A DNA stretch of 64,000 nt from Octopus bimaculoides (GCF_001194135.2 NC_068984.1:89398355-89462354), one strand, 5' to 3'; shown: positions 38,536 through 52,450, numbered from the stretch's first letter. The notes: generated from the letters alone by a model not told the origin. Made by a program: numbers and translations.

Positions 38536-40664
38536 TTGTTTTTTCCAGGCGATGCTATTATGCTAATTAATAATATGTCAAATGTGTCAATTAGCGGTGT
38601 CGTTGATAATTTTTTCCTTACTCTAATGACGCTGGTGACATATATTAGAAGTTCCCTTGTAGAACTATATTCATAAAAAAGTTTAGAACTATATTATAAC
38701 CCTCAAATTTGAGAAACAAATATTCATAACTTTTTTCTTTTAAAACTTCATTGCATGAAATTTCGCGAATTGAGCTCTATCATTTAGGCTTAATTAAAAT
38801 ATAGTTTGTTTTTAAAATAAAGAAGTTAATTATACTTAAATCCAATTTTTTGCCTTACTTATATTTTTTTCCTGATATTTTACTTTTTGATACAAATTTT
38901 TGCTGCATGGGACCAAAACTAGGAAATCCTTCATGTTTTCTTCTATCATTGAAGCTAAGATAAATATATTTTGCTTTTAAAATAAAAAGAGTTATTTAGA
39001 TCTAAACTTGATTGGTGACGTTACTTACTCTCCTATAACGTTGCTACAAATTTTGATGTAAACTTTTTTTCTACTGGATCAAATCTCAATTTGTTTATGC
39101 CAAAATGTAACTAGGGACCAGTACTCTTAAAATATGTTAACAGTTTTCAATTTGGCTAAGAAGTGAATTACGGCTGCATGTGAGTAAATTGCGGCTTTAA
39201 GAATATTATTCAACCGCTACCGTAGTTGAATGTTTCATATTGGATTGCCGAAAGTGTTATAGTATCGATTACCATGATAACAGTGTGCGAGCGCGTGCAC
39301 GTGTGTGCATAGGCTCATGAATAACGTTGCTGTTGCCGCTATTATTATACAAGCACACGATGTAACTGGTTGGCGAAAATCTATCGACTAGCACTCTACA
39401 ACTACTGGACATCAGCACCTCTTCCCTCCATTTTTGTTTTGTTCCGCCAGCATATCACTCCTACCTAGAACTACGACCTTCTGAAACTCATATCTCCTCA
39501 CATTCTTTTCACGTACAGAAGTTGATGATAAGCATTAGACTGCATAAACCCTTCACCTCAATTTGGGAGGTCCTGCGAAGGAAGTAGGTACTACGCTGCT
39601 CCTGAATAATAAAAATTGCCTTTTCGAAGTTTATAAATGTGTTTTTATGTCTCGTTCATTGATGTTTGGGTGTAGTCATAGGAGAATAAGGTTTGTTTTC
39701 CACGTGATTATTGGCAGCTAGGAGGAGTGTGGATCAGAACGTGACGTTTGAAGAGACGTTTTTGCAGTTTGCTCGGTGTGGCGTGTGTTGGTGTGTGTTG
39801 TTTTAAGTGTCAAGAGAATTCAGTTATGGCGCTATTGTGTTTCATGTTACTGGCTTTTCTTTTTGAATGCTTGTATTTCTATAATGTTGTCATGACCTAT
39901 TTGTGTTCGAATGACGTCTGTGATATCAGTGAATTAGAGAAACATTTGTTTATAAATGTTATGATGTTATCACTATGATTTTGCTTGTTCTAGGATTGGA
40001 AGAGGTTCAGTGTGAAGTTGTTCTGTATTTTATATTACTACTATGGCCTTGGGTGATGATGAGGAATTTCAGCTTCACGAACCTGTTTATTAAGTCGTTT
40101 ATGCTGAACTCTATTGATCCGTTTATAAGGTACAATAGGATATAACAGGTTGAGAAACCTCGAAATATTCCTTTGCTGGCCATCTATTAAGTCATTAAAC
40201 CGTGGTCATATTGGGACATTACTTTCCAGGGCTGTGGGTCTTAACCTTTTGTAGCCCAGTATTCTGGTGTTTTTCAATCATCCCATCATTATGCAAAAAT
40301 AAACAAATACAAAAATGAATTAAAGAAAACAGCAGATTATTTTAATCAAACAAGTAAATTTTTCGCAGTACTTTATTATCCACTTTTTCTTAATCTATCC
40401 CATCCAGCATATGCTTCTTTTATGTTTTTTTTTTCTCTCGGTATTTGCGGGAACTAAAGCCCCTTACATTAGACTATTTGAAGGAAATTGCTAAAGGAGG
40501 CGAAAATCATATAACGAAGTTATATTGGATCTTGGCATATCATTAGACATGTTTCTTTCCACTCACCACACAATAGCCTATTCATGATTTACTCTCAAGA
40601 AAGATTTTTTGAAATGTTTTTAAAATATAATTATTGCACTTAGTATAAATGTCTTACTATTTGC

Positions 40665-41050
40665 TCTTTTACTTGTTTCAGTCATTTGACTGCGGCCATG
40701 CCGGAGCACCGCCTTTAGTCGAGTAAATCGACCCCAGGACTTATTCTTTGTAAGCCTAGTATTTATTCTATCGGTCTCTTTTGCCGAACCGCTAAGTTAC
40801 GGGGACGTAACCACACCTGCATTGGTTGTCAAGCGATGCTGGGGGACAAACACAGACACACAAACATACATATATATATATACATATATACGACGGGCTT
40901 CTTTCAGTTTCCGTCTACCAAATCCACTCACGAGGCTTTGGTCGGCCCGAGGCTATAGTAGAAGACACTTGCCCAAGGTGCCACGCAGTGGGACTGAACC
41001 TGGAACCATGTGGTTGGTAAGCAAGCTACTTACCACACAGCCACTCCTGC
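40665..41050 (-). mobile_element. tRNA-derived SINE family B, full length
   Basis: Minus strand reads CGCAGGAGTGGCTGTGTGGTAAG (A box), GGTTCAGTCCC (B box) and CCTTGGGCAAGTG, followed by an internal (TA)/(TG) tract and the 3' body. Confidence 0.9.
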
Positions 41051-41069
41051 GTCTTATGTATCTTTTATC

Positions 41070-41430
41070 TTTAACTTGTTTCAGTCATTAGACTGCGGGC
41101 ACGCTGTGGATACCGCCTTGAATAATTTTTTTCAGTTGACTGAATCGACACCAGTACTTTTTTTAAAGCCTGGTACTTATTCTATCAATCTCTTTTGCTG
41201 AACCGCTAATTTACGGGGATATGAACATACTAGCACTGGTTGTCAAGCAGTGTTGGGGAAACACACACGCACACACACACGCGCGCGCGACGGGTTGATT
41301 TCAGTTTCCATCTACCAAATCCACTCACAAGGCTTTATTCGGCTCGAAGCTATAACAGAAGTGTCAAGGTGTCATGCGGAATCATGTGGTTGGGAAGCAA
41401 GCTTCTTACCACATAGTTACGCCTGTGCCT
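41070..41430 (-). mobile_element. tRNA-derived SINE family B, more diverged adjacent copy
   Basis: Colinear with 40665-41050 and in the same orientation. Confidence 0.85.
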
Positions 41431-42472
41431 AAAAAATGCCGAGCGTCCCTATAGCGTCCCCTTGATATTTGCCGATTTCTTGTGAGCTCATAACATACGC
41501 AAGAAGGCATTACTGCCCGGTTTAAGAAGCACTGTTTTAGGGTATATCAGCCGAAGTACTTATTATATTGACTTCAGAAAGATGACAGCCAAAGTAGACC
41601 GCAATGAAACGTTAGAAAATAGTACAAAATATCTTGTTCAACGCTCAATCGATTCTGTCATCCATCTGTCATCGTTGTGTTGTTAGTGCCAGGTCAGTTA
41701 AGATAGAGAAGAATTATGATGGAAGAGATTCCAGTCATGACCATCTCGTATTTTCCTATTTCTTTATCAAGTATTTTGTTGTAAAACTAGAGTGAAATAA
41801 TGTGGAAGATCCCCTTCCCGAATATCATAAAAACGTGCGAGTTTGTTATGTGTATGATAATTCTCTATTAACAATAAGATTTTGCATTTTCACTTTTGTG
41901 TTCAGTTTGGTTCACTGGAGGATATTCTAGCAATTTAGAATTATCTCGGATTTTTGGTTTCCATAACAAAGAACACCGTCAAGTTGCTGCAAACAGTAAC
42001 AGTTAAACATTGTTAGATTCTTTAACTTCTTTGTAGGAACCTCCTTTGGCTGTTAGAGCAGGATGAGATAACAACCAATAAAACCCTCCGGTTGAGAAAT
42101 AATTTTCTTCATGATTAACCGAAACAGAACATACACATAGAAAGCCATACTTCGTAGCAAACAACCATTTCAATGAGCGAAGAAATTTCATAGATTTAAT
42201 TCTGGTTGGATTGTTGAATGGACTTCACCTCTAGAAACTTATCTCTTACACACTTCAATTAATCCATTGATTATTTTTCATTGACACCCAAAACACTTCG
42301 CCTGAATTTAATGCCAGTTCATATAAGAATATTTTTTTTCAGTAATAAGTGAACAGTTGAAAAAAGTTACTTAGATGTCTGGTTAAAATTATTGACATTA
42401 ATACACCGAATTGCTTTAATATATTAGTTTTCATTTACTTATGTCAACGTATCTAAGCCTAATCTACTCTAA

Positions 42473-42545
<73 letters not shown>

Positions 42546-43799
42546 TTATCGTGTGTGTGTGTTTGTGTATAAAACCTCCACGTTAATGGGTAATATTACT
42601 TCGATACAATGTTTAATGTATGTCTATAAGTATCTTATATAATGTGTTAATATTTAAGCATCGGTGGGCAACTTGTTAGTATTTTAGTGTATGTGTATCT
42701 ATCCACACAACACTATTTAAAAATATGTAAAGCCATATTTCAGAACTGACTTTTGAGGAATGTTTGTTTCCATTTTAAGACAGTAGGGATTGGTTTGAAG
42801 ATTTCGTTTCTATTGTCAGTAGGCAGAGCGGTTCCCGTGGAGCTCTATTGCTAGTTCACATAGCGGAGTGTTTTCGCCTTTTTTTTTTGTCGCTATCTTG
42901 TTAGTGGTGCCTGCGTAGTTAGAATTTGTATTATTGTTGTAAACTCTTCTTCTCTCACATGTTGTGACTCAGATGTTAGATTTATTTTCATTGTCGGCTT
43001 ATTGTTTTCTCTCCACCCCCAGTTTGTCGGTTTATTTCTTTTCTCCCCACATTAAAAAAGTATTCTTTCCATACACAATAGCGAGTTTGTTTCCCCTCAA
43101 ATATAGTCGTTTGTGTTGTTTACTACAGACGGTTTTAGGCATTTGAATAACATTTTGCTGTCAAAGCATTTCTTTTATGAATATCCTGTCATTAAGTTAT
43201 TTAGTTACTAAAGCTACATATTTCTTAATATAAAATATGATAATCTATTGATTATTATTGATATCATAATTACAGAAGACATCATCATTAAATTTAGAGT
43301 GGGTGATAACATTATGCCTTGGATGGATTATACTGTTCTTCTACCTATTATTAATATTTTGATTCATTTTCATGTATTTTCTTTTATTTATTAGTTTAAC
43401 TTGGAGGCAGGGGCTTCAGGGAAAATACGTACAGATTTTACCAGAGGGCTAAAGTTCTGAGAAGAGACGATTTAGAGTTCTAAGTGTAAGTTCTATGGTA
43501 CTGGTGGTACTGGATGCAATATGGGTGACAAGAGGAAGAGAGATGAATGAGTCGGGATCCCAGAGCAGAGGAAACACGAAATTAGCTATCTAGGAGGAGC
43601 AAATGCCAGTCAGTGGTTGCCCTCGGGCCACTTCTACTCAGAAACTCTCGACTCACTCGTCTCACCTCCTTGCTATATCTAACCTTTCAGCTCCACAGTA
43701 ATCACTATGTCCAGAACAGAAAGCACTAATGGCAATACTGAGAAGAAGGTTAATGTAGTTGGGTCGTATATTCAGAATGAGTAACGGAGGAATGCTTGT

Positions 43800-45910
43800 C
43801 AGGTCTGGGATCTCATTACCAGCCGATGATAGCTGCCACTGGTACTATGTAAACCAGTACTACCTGTCCCATTGTTGAGTGGTCGGCGACCAAACCAGCT
43901 CTCCCACAAGAGTATCTAGCAACTCTTGTGAGGAAGGTGCCTGGATACCCAGCGAGAAGAAGAGCAAGATCAGTCGAAGGGCAGATGAGCTCCTTGTGGG
44001 CCAACGGCTATTCAGTTGGGGAAGGCAATGGCAATCCACCTCAAGAAAACATGAGAAAGTCAGAACGAAGTAGTGCTATGGCTCATTTGATGAGCTTCCT
44101 CATGTTGGATGAAGACTCTCAAGATTATGAGAAAGAGTCTTTCTGCAGCAACAGGAACGCTAGTGGTCATAACGAGGTATGCCCAAAGTCTCACAGAAGG
44201 CATACATCTGACAGACACGGAAGTAATGTTGCGCAGAGAATGAAAAATGAACGAATTGTTACATAGAGCGTAAGAATATTTCTTGATGTTGGCAAGCTAG
44301 ACCAACTCACAAAGGAACTTAAACGGATAAACTGTAAAGTCTGTGGAATCGCAGAAACTAGATGGTCAAACAGTGGCTATTTCACAGTTTTTGGGGATAG
44401 GCACACTGTTTTCTAGTCAGGACCAAAAGAACAAGAACAAAAGGGAGTTACAATCATAGTGGACGAGAAAATGAACGAGTCTGTTATGGGATATAACCCT
44501 GTCAGTGATAGCATCATTAAAATTAGAAAAATGCAAAGCCCCATCCAATATCCATCATACAAATATATGCACTACCTTCTGTCGAGGGAGAGGAAATGTT
44601 TGTTCCATTCTATGAAAAACTACGAAACACAATAGACAAATCACCAAAACAGGGTATTGTAAGCATTATGGGAGACATCAATGCTAAAGTAGCACAAACA
44701 TCTCAAATAAAAAAAAGTCATGATATGAAAATAGCAAATGACAGAGGATGAAGACTTTCTGAATTCTGCCACGCAAACAAATTATGGATTAGCAATGGAC
44801 TGTTTGAATGTCATACAAGAAGAACATTTACTTGGAGATCTGACGGAATAACAAAGAACAAGATAGATTTCATTCTTGTTCAACAAAGATGGGAATCAAA
44901 CATCACAAACTGCAGAACATACCCCGGCGCCGACTGAGACTCTGGACCACCATCTTCTTATGGTTATATGAAACATGCGAATGATAAATGGCCACATGTG
45001 GCGCATCATGTCTAATCTTGGCATTCCGAAACACTTTATTAAGCTCATCAAGCAACTTTACATTCAGTAAAATCCTGCATTTGAGTTTATAATGAGAATA
45101 CAGGAAAGTTCAAAAATGGGAAAGAAGTTCGTTAGGGCTGTATTTTTCTCCATGCTTATTCATCATCTATACTGAGTGGATAACGCGGGAAGCAATACAG
45201 GAAGAAGATGGCATCAAAATACATGATTTGCATATTTCTAATCTAAGGCATGCAGACGATACTGCTCTTTTTGACAAGACTGAAGAAATAAGAAATAATA
45301 AATAGAATCGAGAAAGTATTAAATGCTTATGGTCTTCATCTCAACCATAAGAAAACTTAAGTTATGGTAAGTATGAAAAGAGAACATAAATATTAACGTC
45401 AAATCGCGCTGTAAGGGGCTTGAACATGTTGAATTGTACAAGTATCTTGGAGCCCAAATCTCGGATGAAGCCACATGTAAGAAAGAAATTAATACGCGGT
45501 TAGCCATGACAAGAACATACATGGAAAAGCTTAATAACATCTGGACAAACAAAAGCGTCCCAACTAAGTTAAAAACAAGGTTAGTGCGAGTACTCATTTA
45601 ACTAATAGGCATTTATAGTTGTGAAGCATGGACTGCGAACAAATTTGAAGAGAACATAATGAATGCATATGAAACGTTGGTGTAGAGGAGAATGTTACGA
45701 GTTTCTTACAAGGACAAATGAATGAGTGTTACAACAAATAGGTGAAAGACAGCAACTCCTGAACACTGTGAAAAAATAAAAGCTCATCTATTATGGCCAA
45801 TTCGAAGAAGAAGTTTGGAAAATATTATCATGGAAGGAAGAGTAGAGAGCAGTAGATCAAGAGGCAGGCAAAGAACACAATAGATGGATAATATCAAAAA
45901 CAGGTTGGAC
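43800..45910 (+). mobile_element. RTE-clade LINE, degenerate and internally deleted, with 5' UTR
   Basis: 5' motif GGAAGGCAATGGCAATCCACC (Bov-A/RTE-like). APE remnants are NVRI..GKLDQL..ELKR...GIAETRW, MGDINAKV and NKIDFILV. RT remnants are VR.GCIFSP, NLRHADDT and YKYLG. The end reads EGRVESSRSRGRQRTQ.MDNI. Confidence 0.85.
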
Positions 45911-47106
45911 AAAAGGGGAAAGACAGCTGGAGGACTCACACTTAGCTGGGAAGACTTTTGTTGTAGTACCATCGATGCACTGTCGACGACGTCAATGGAG
46001 GAATGGAGAAAAAATCTGATTTTGCCAAATGAGAACACGCAAGCATTTGGTGTAACACAGAACAAATGGTTGCGTAGTTGTGCACAAGGACGAGCGTGGA
46101 CGAAGGATCTGCAGCATAACACGAGACCAAAGTAAGATTATCATTTTAGGATGGATGATGTTAAGTTTAATTTAGCAGGTGATTAAGCTTTATAATAAAC
46201 TGGATTAAAGTTATGAAAAGAAAAAAATTATATAGGGTAATGTAAAAATAATAAAGTGTAATGTATCTGCTTACACAACATAAAGAAGGAAATTATAAAG
46301 AATAAAAATATGAGGTAAGTAAACATTTTCGGAGCTGCACCGCCTTGTGAGTACAAAGAATCATTACACTAGAGATTTAAAGCAGAAAAACCCGTTACTA
46401 TAGATGTGGGACTAAGAATTCCCTGAAGTCTTTTTGCCTAGAGGAACTGAAAAATAAGAGAAAGGAGAAGAGAATTCCGAACACCAGCAGAGCCTGCAAT
46501 AAACAAAAGCAGCATGACCTAGAAACTACTATTTCCAAATCACTATTTGTCGTAAAGCCATGTCCACGTTAACTTGGTTAAAATACACTGTAATGCAACT
46601 TTGGATTGTCTTTGTGGATATATGAAAAGTTAATAGCTTTTAAAGTTTGCAAATTTTGAGTAATTTTAGTCAATCGAAAGCCACAGACACATTCGTGCCT
46701 GTTTCCATAAGTAATAAGCAAAGCTGTACTCTGCTTAAACCACCACTATGTATATTTTCTTTACCTGTGTATTTTCTTTGGCGAGCACCTATTTTCTGGT
46801 CCTTTGTACCTCATTTTCTTCATTTTCAGCTTTGTTCTTTTTTTTTGAGAAACGGATATTTTCGGTTGCTGTCCTGCCACTACCTAATTTTCATAATTTT
46901 GAATTGTGTTTTCTTAGACCTTTTCAACCCAAATACAAGTATGACCGCAGTCTACTCGTTTAGCTTTTCGAGTATGATGGAAAAGATGAAAAATGCAGTT
47001 CCTTATTTTCAAGAGAAGGGTGTTATTCTTAAAAAGAATTGTGTAAAGAGAGTCTCACCCCCACCTCTATGTTCTCGCCTGTGTAATTTCATTAACGATG
47101 AGTCAA

Positions 47107-47262
47107 CTCTTAACCCTAACCTCTAATCCTAAGCCCTTACTTTAATGCTAAACCTAAAACTTAACCCTAAGCCCCGAATCTAACTAACCCTTAATCTTAA
47201 ACTTCAACCCTAACCCTAACTCTAAACATTGATGCTAATCCTAAACCTTAACACTAACCCCT
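47107..47262. repeat. Degenerate (CCCTAA)n telomere-like tract
   Basis: AACCCTAACCTCTAATCCTAAGCCCT...AACCCTAACCCTAACTCTAA...ACTAACCCCTA. Confidence 0.75.
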
Positions 47263-48049
47263 AAAATACAGTTCGTTTCTTTTGTAATTTTTCCTTTTAA
47301 AATTATTTACACGCCTGTTTGACCGCTTCACACGACTTTATTTATTAAAACTTATCTCAACTCCAAAACTTACAACTTTCGTTGTCGTAATGTTTTACTT
47401 TCATTTTGTGATAGACAGCTGTCATGCAAAAGTGCCAGCTTCCAAATCCTCTTTTCTGATTGGGTAATTATCAAAATATAAACTTCTGCAACGTTTTCCT
47501 AATTTGTTTTTCTGAATAAATGAATAACAAAATCGTATTCAGTGTGAAAAATTTCATCAATATACTACATTTGAAAATTTTCATTTAATTTTAAAATTCT
47601 AAAATCTGTCACAGCAACAGAAATTACCTATTCTATGTTTTGTAGCTATATTTAATTGCAATTTCTGTAAATTTTTAACATGTGTATATGTATATTTTAT
47701 AACGTGGTTTCTGTATGTCACAGTGTCGTGCACTAATTACAGTGATATTCAATACCACGAAACAGGGTAAGGCACCAACCGTCTCCACTTGATATATTCC
47801 ATATTCCTAAATACTCTTCCAATAACTGTAACCAATCCAAAACAACTCTCAACGAACTATAACAACTCAAAAATTTCTTGCAACTCCACGAACCCATGAC
47901 TGACACCTTTCGATTTCCTGCGATTTCTCATCTCTCACTCACAGTCAAACACGCTGCAACTTGTTTTTATATAAATGTTATAATCAATCAATCGAATGAA
48001 GCGATTGTTGCCGAGCTGGCAGAAATGTTACAGCTCCGGAACTATTCTC

Positions 48050-48547
48050 CTTGGAAAATTCCTCTTCTTATAGGTATAGGGCAAGTTTTAATGACTTATG
48101 ATTCATTTTTCAGTGTTATACTGGTTTTCCAATTTGCCATTGTATGGTTGATATATTTTAGTAGTGTTAGACTACTTTATTCGTGTGGAACACTTTCGAA
48201 TGCTTTCTGGTAATCAATCCAAGTCATGTTGAAGTTGATCTTTCGCTTCTTACAGTCCTCTGTAATGGCTCGATTTACCAGTAGTTGCTCCTTACAACCA
48301 CACCCCAACCACATTCCAATTGTTTTGGTAAAACGTTGTTTTCCAGGTGTATTATAAACCGGTTATAGATGACTGATGTGAAGGTTTTGTAGGCTGTTGA
48401 GAGGCATGATATTGGCCAATAAGTTTTGTGAGTATATGGTGTCTTTGTATTTTTGGGGGAATTAGGGCGGTTTGTCCTTCCGGCATCCAGTTTGGAGTTT
48501 ATTCTGGTTTGCTTATTAATAGATTAAATGTTGCCGCTATGTGAGTA

Positions 48548-48548
<1 letters not shown>
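48050..48548 (-). mobile_element. Dong/R4-type RT fragment abutting (AAT)n
   Basis: NWMPEGQTALIP, WPISCLSTAYKTFTSVI, GCKEQLLVNRAITEDC, WIDYQKAFESVPHE and IRRGIFQG. Confidence 0.85.
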
Positions 48549-48628
<80 letters not shown>

Positions 48629-48687
48629 TATTATTATTATTATCATTATCATCATTATTATTATTATTATTATTATTATCATTATCA

Positions 48688-48720
<33 letters not shown>
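48549..48720. repeat. (ATT)n microsatellite
   Basis: Seen directly in the sequence. Confidence 0.95.
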
Positions 48721-48722
<2 letters not shown>

Positions 48723-48939
48723 CTTGCGAGAGATGGACGTATATTTCGGAGCTCCGTAAGGGCGTGCCTTGTTTACCTCTAAAAAGATTGTTATTGTTAC
48801 ATTTTATTGTTATAACTTATAACTTAGATAATCTAGACCATATTGGTCTGATAAACTGTGTTATTATTATTTTTTTTTTGCTTTACGGGCAAAAATCACT
48901 CGAAAAGAAAATTAATTTTCCTTTCAAAATTTGCAAAAC

Positions 48940-50228
48940 TTAATATGGCGTCGTCGTATTTATCAGCAAGTCAACACAAGAGGGAAGTGGGAGAAGATGT
49001 TGAACGCGAAATTGACTTTCGCCGTCACTGGCCCCCACTCACACTAGATGTATATGATAGTAGCAGGAGGAGTAGCAACAACAATGACAACAACAACAAC
49101 AACCACAATGGGAGTGTCAGGAGTAACGAGAATTCCATCAAGGAAGCACGAAATATAACTAGCAGCAGCCAATTGTGCAAGGAAAATATCACCACAAACT
49201 CATTGCATCCTTGAAAGAAAAGCCATACCCAGAGCGCTTGGCTGCACTAAACTTGCCTAGTCTCGAACATCGCCGTCTCAGTGGGGATATGATCAACATG
49301 TATAAGTATACGCACGGTCTGTACCTGACCAACCACTCCTAATTCAACGACTTCCAAGGCAGAAATACGAGGGAACACAGCCTGAAATTGGAAAGATCAC
49401 ACTGCAGGCTCAAGATTAGAAGCTGCTTTTTCATACAGTGTGTGACCGCCACCTGGAACAGTCTGCCAAACAGTATGGTTGCAGCTCTGTCAGTCAATGC
49501 CTTTAAGAACAAGCTTGATGCACACTGGAGGGAGCTTCCTGCAAAATTTGACCCTGTCTGTTACTTAGCTACAACTGTCGAAGTTTTTCACACATGAAAA
49601 ATTAATTGTACTAATGGAAAAGAACCTGTGCACAAGCTCCTAGGAGCTTCAGCACGGAAACCATCCAGTATTCCAGTAAAGAAAACTGAGAGGATTATGT
49701 GCCTCAAAAACCTGCTAGAGACAAGTGATAAAAAAAAAGAAAAACAATCATGTACAGATGTCTGTCCATGAAAAGAAGCAGACTGGAAAAAATACCGCCA
49801 GACCAAGCCGAAAAATATATGGGGGGGGGGGATGTCAGCTTTGTCTGCCACGCCCCAAAGTTTGGCTACATCAAGGTCATATTCCAGTCGGAACCACTAG
49901 CACAAAAACACTCAACAGTCCCATTAAAAACGGATGAGTTCACTTTAATTCTCATCTATCTAGGACAGACAGCTATAAGAAATTTGACGGCGAGGTAGTA
50001 AGAATGACTACCAAATTCAAAGGGGACGATGAACAAAAGCTCGAGAACTTGGCTAATATAATCTATCAGAAAATAGAGAAAAAATTTGAACTTGAAACAG
50101 GGAATGGAGACAAAGCCAGCTTCTATATATGGCTGAAACGAGAAGATCCAAAATGGCTTGAAAGCTATAACATGCCGACTGGGAAATAGCGTCGCTATGT
50201 GAGGCTGGCTAACACTTAAGCAGCATCG
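48940..50228 (+). mobile_element. Tx1/L1-clade ORF1 remnant, interrupted by a CR1 fragment
   Basis: PKFGYIKVIFQSEPLAQKHSTVPLKTDEFTLILIYLG is homologous to TVEVRFPSEQLAKENSTTTLKTEELHMIPTYL at about 25250-25170. The N-terminal EIDF..YDSS + poly-N region resembles EINF..YYDDS + poly-N of the 21437-25960 element. Confidence 0.65.
49200..49570 (+). mobile_element. CR1-type LINE 3' end
   Basis: YPERLAALNLPSLEHRRLSGDMINMYKY...TREHSLKLERSHCRLKIRSCFFIQCVTATWNSLPNSMVAALSVNAFKNKLDAHW. Confidence 0.88.
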
Positions 50229-50729
50229 NNNNNNNNNNNNNNNNNNNNNNNNNNNNNNNNNNNNNNNNNNNNNNNNNNNNNNNNNNNNNNNNNNNNNNNN
50301 NNNNNNNNNNNNNNNNNNNNNNNNNNNNNNNNNNNNNNNNNNNNNNNNNNNNNNNNNNNNNNNNNNNNNNNNNNNNNNNNNNNNNNNNNNNNNNNNNNNN
50401 NNNNNNNNNNNNNNNNNNNNNNNNNNNNNNNNNNNNNNNNNNNNNNNNNNNNNNNNNNNNNNNNNNNNNNNNNNNNNNNNNNNNNNNNNNNNNNNNNNNN
50501 NNNNNNNNNNNNNNNNNNNNNNNNNNNNNNNNNNNNNNNNNNNNNNNNNNNNNNNNNNNNNNNNNNNNNNNNNNNNNNNNCAGTGCCTAAGACACCTCCG
50601 AAAGAGGGGGCCCTGCCATGTCGAAAACGGTAGAGGAGTAGGGGCCGAAACTGGACGTAGTTCCTCCTGATGATGTCTTTGTCCACTGGATCCTATAAAG
50701 GAACTGCTGAGGTAGCGAACCGCGAAGTG

Positions 50730-51990
50730 TGGCTGGAATTCCATGTCCTTTTTGTACTTCCTTTGTTTTTCATTTTTTCTCTGCTTTCAATACTCCCTCG
50801 TTCCTAATTATCATAGCAAGGTTTCCCTACTTTGGGCTAGGTATCTCATTAAGCTCTCGAGTTCGATACGCACACAGTCTTCTACACTTATCAGTACCCT
50901 TCCTTCATTCGCTTTCTTCATGTATAGGCGATCAGTGTCTGCACGTGGATGATGTCACGTGGATGATGTCATGCATCGTTAGGAGCTTTCTTGACTTCCT
51001 GTTTATCTCCTTTAGCTCCTCCTCTGTCCACTTCAGGATTCCAGCGCCATACCGAACTACTGCGACTGCGTGCGAGTTTATTGCCGGAATTATGTTTCTG
51101 GCATTCAGCTTTGAAGCCAATATTTTTCTCGCTGCAGGTACTCTCTTTTTGTCTTTTCCTTCATGCTATTGCGTTTGATTCCATCTACCTCAAGTATTTC
51201 CAGTTATTTATCGTTGGTTTGAGGTTGACTTCCCTTCATCCTTCCACTACTTGGCAACCATATGCCTTCTGTCATAACAAGTTTTCCTCGTCTCATTTTG
51301 TAATGTTCGTTTTCCATTACTCCCTCTGGCTTGTGTTCATACCATTGTTCGGCTCTCTCGAGATTTGCTTTACCGCACAACAGCCAGTGGACATATCTGG
51401 ATACGTTGTCGTGTTTCCTTTTGTATTCGCGTTGTGCGAACTTACAGCACTCACAATATGGCTTACACTTTCTCCCTTCTTAGAGTACAACCTACACTGT
51501 GGCGAGTAAGTGCTTTTATCAATGTGATATTTGGAGTTATTTTTTCTGAGAGCTTGTCCTCGAGCGCTGCACACTAATGCCTCAGTGGGCCCTTTTAAGT
51601 CTCCTTTCTGCAGCCATTGCCAGGTTCTATTCCAATCAGTCTCATCTTTATTCTTCAAGAACTGACTGTGCATTTTCTTGTCCTGCCAAATTTTCATCTG
51701 CTCTCTCTGGTCTTTCTTAAATTGTGTTGGATCTACGGCTTCGTTTACTTTTAAGGTTCCCTGCATCTTCACTACCTCAATCATTTCTTTACTCCCTTTG
51801 ACATACCAAGCCAGGCTATTCTCATCTTCCCTTACACAACCTTCACACCACATCAATCTCCACCCTTCTTCTTTCCTCTTTACGTACAACCTTGGCACAC
51901 CACTCTTGAGGTGTAGTTCCTTGTTCATTGTCATTAATTTACGTGTTCTCCGGTCTATCTCTTGTAATTCCATTCATCATCTAAGATACT
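50730..51990 (-). mobile_element. Two tandem Dong/R4-type fragments
   Basis: 51973-51310 reads DRRTRKLMTM..PRLYVKRKEEG..TEALVCSA..CRLYSKKGESVSHIVSA..WYEHKPE. 51300-50730 restarts upstream in the element with SKLNARNIIPAINSHAVAVVRY..NRKSRKLLTMH. Confidence 0.85.
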
Positions 51991-51995
51991 ATTCC

Positions 51996-51996
<1 letters not shown>

Positions 51997-52048
<52 letters not shown>

Positions 52049-52049
52049 A

Positions 52050-52097
<48 letters not shown>
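51997..52097. repeat. (ATT)n microsatellite between a Dong 5' junction and a SINE head
   Basis: Seen directly in the sequence. Confidence 0.95.
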
Positions 52098-52098
<1 letters not shown>

Positions 52099-52450
52099 GG
52101 CAGTGGGCTTGCAGAAACATTAGCATGCCGAGCAAAATGCTTAGCGGCATTTCTTCTGACTTTATGTTCTAAGTTCAAATTCAGCCGAGGTCGACTCTAC
52201 CTTTCATCCTTTTAGACTCAATAAAATAAATATTAGTCAAGTGCTGAGGTCGTTGTAATTTCACGCCTTGTGTCTATATAAGAAACCATTAGAAAGGGCG
52301 GTGAGCTGGCAGAATCACTGGCATGCTGGACAGAATGCTTAACATTATTTCATCTGTCTTTCGGGGTCGATAAAGAAAGTACCAGTTGAACACTGAGGTC
52401 AATGTAATCAACTAGTCCCCTCCCCACAAATTTTAGGCCTTGTACCTAGT
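52098..52450 (+). mobile_element. Two tandem tRNA-derived SINE family A copies
   Basis: Heads are AAGGCAGTGGGCTTGCAGAAAC (52097) and AAGGGCGGTGAGCTGGCAGAATC (52294). The second copy has an internal deletion. Confidence 0.8.
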
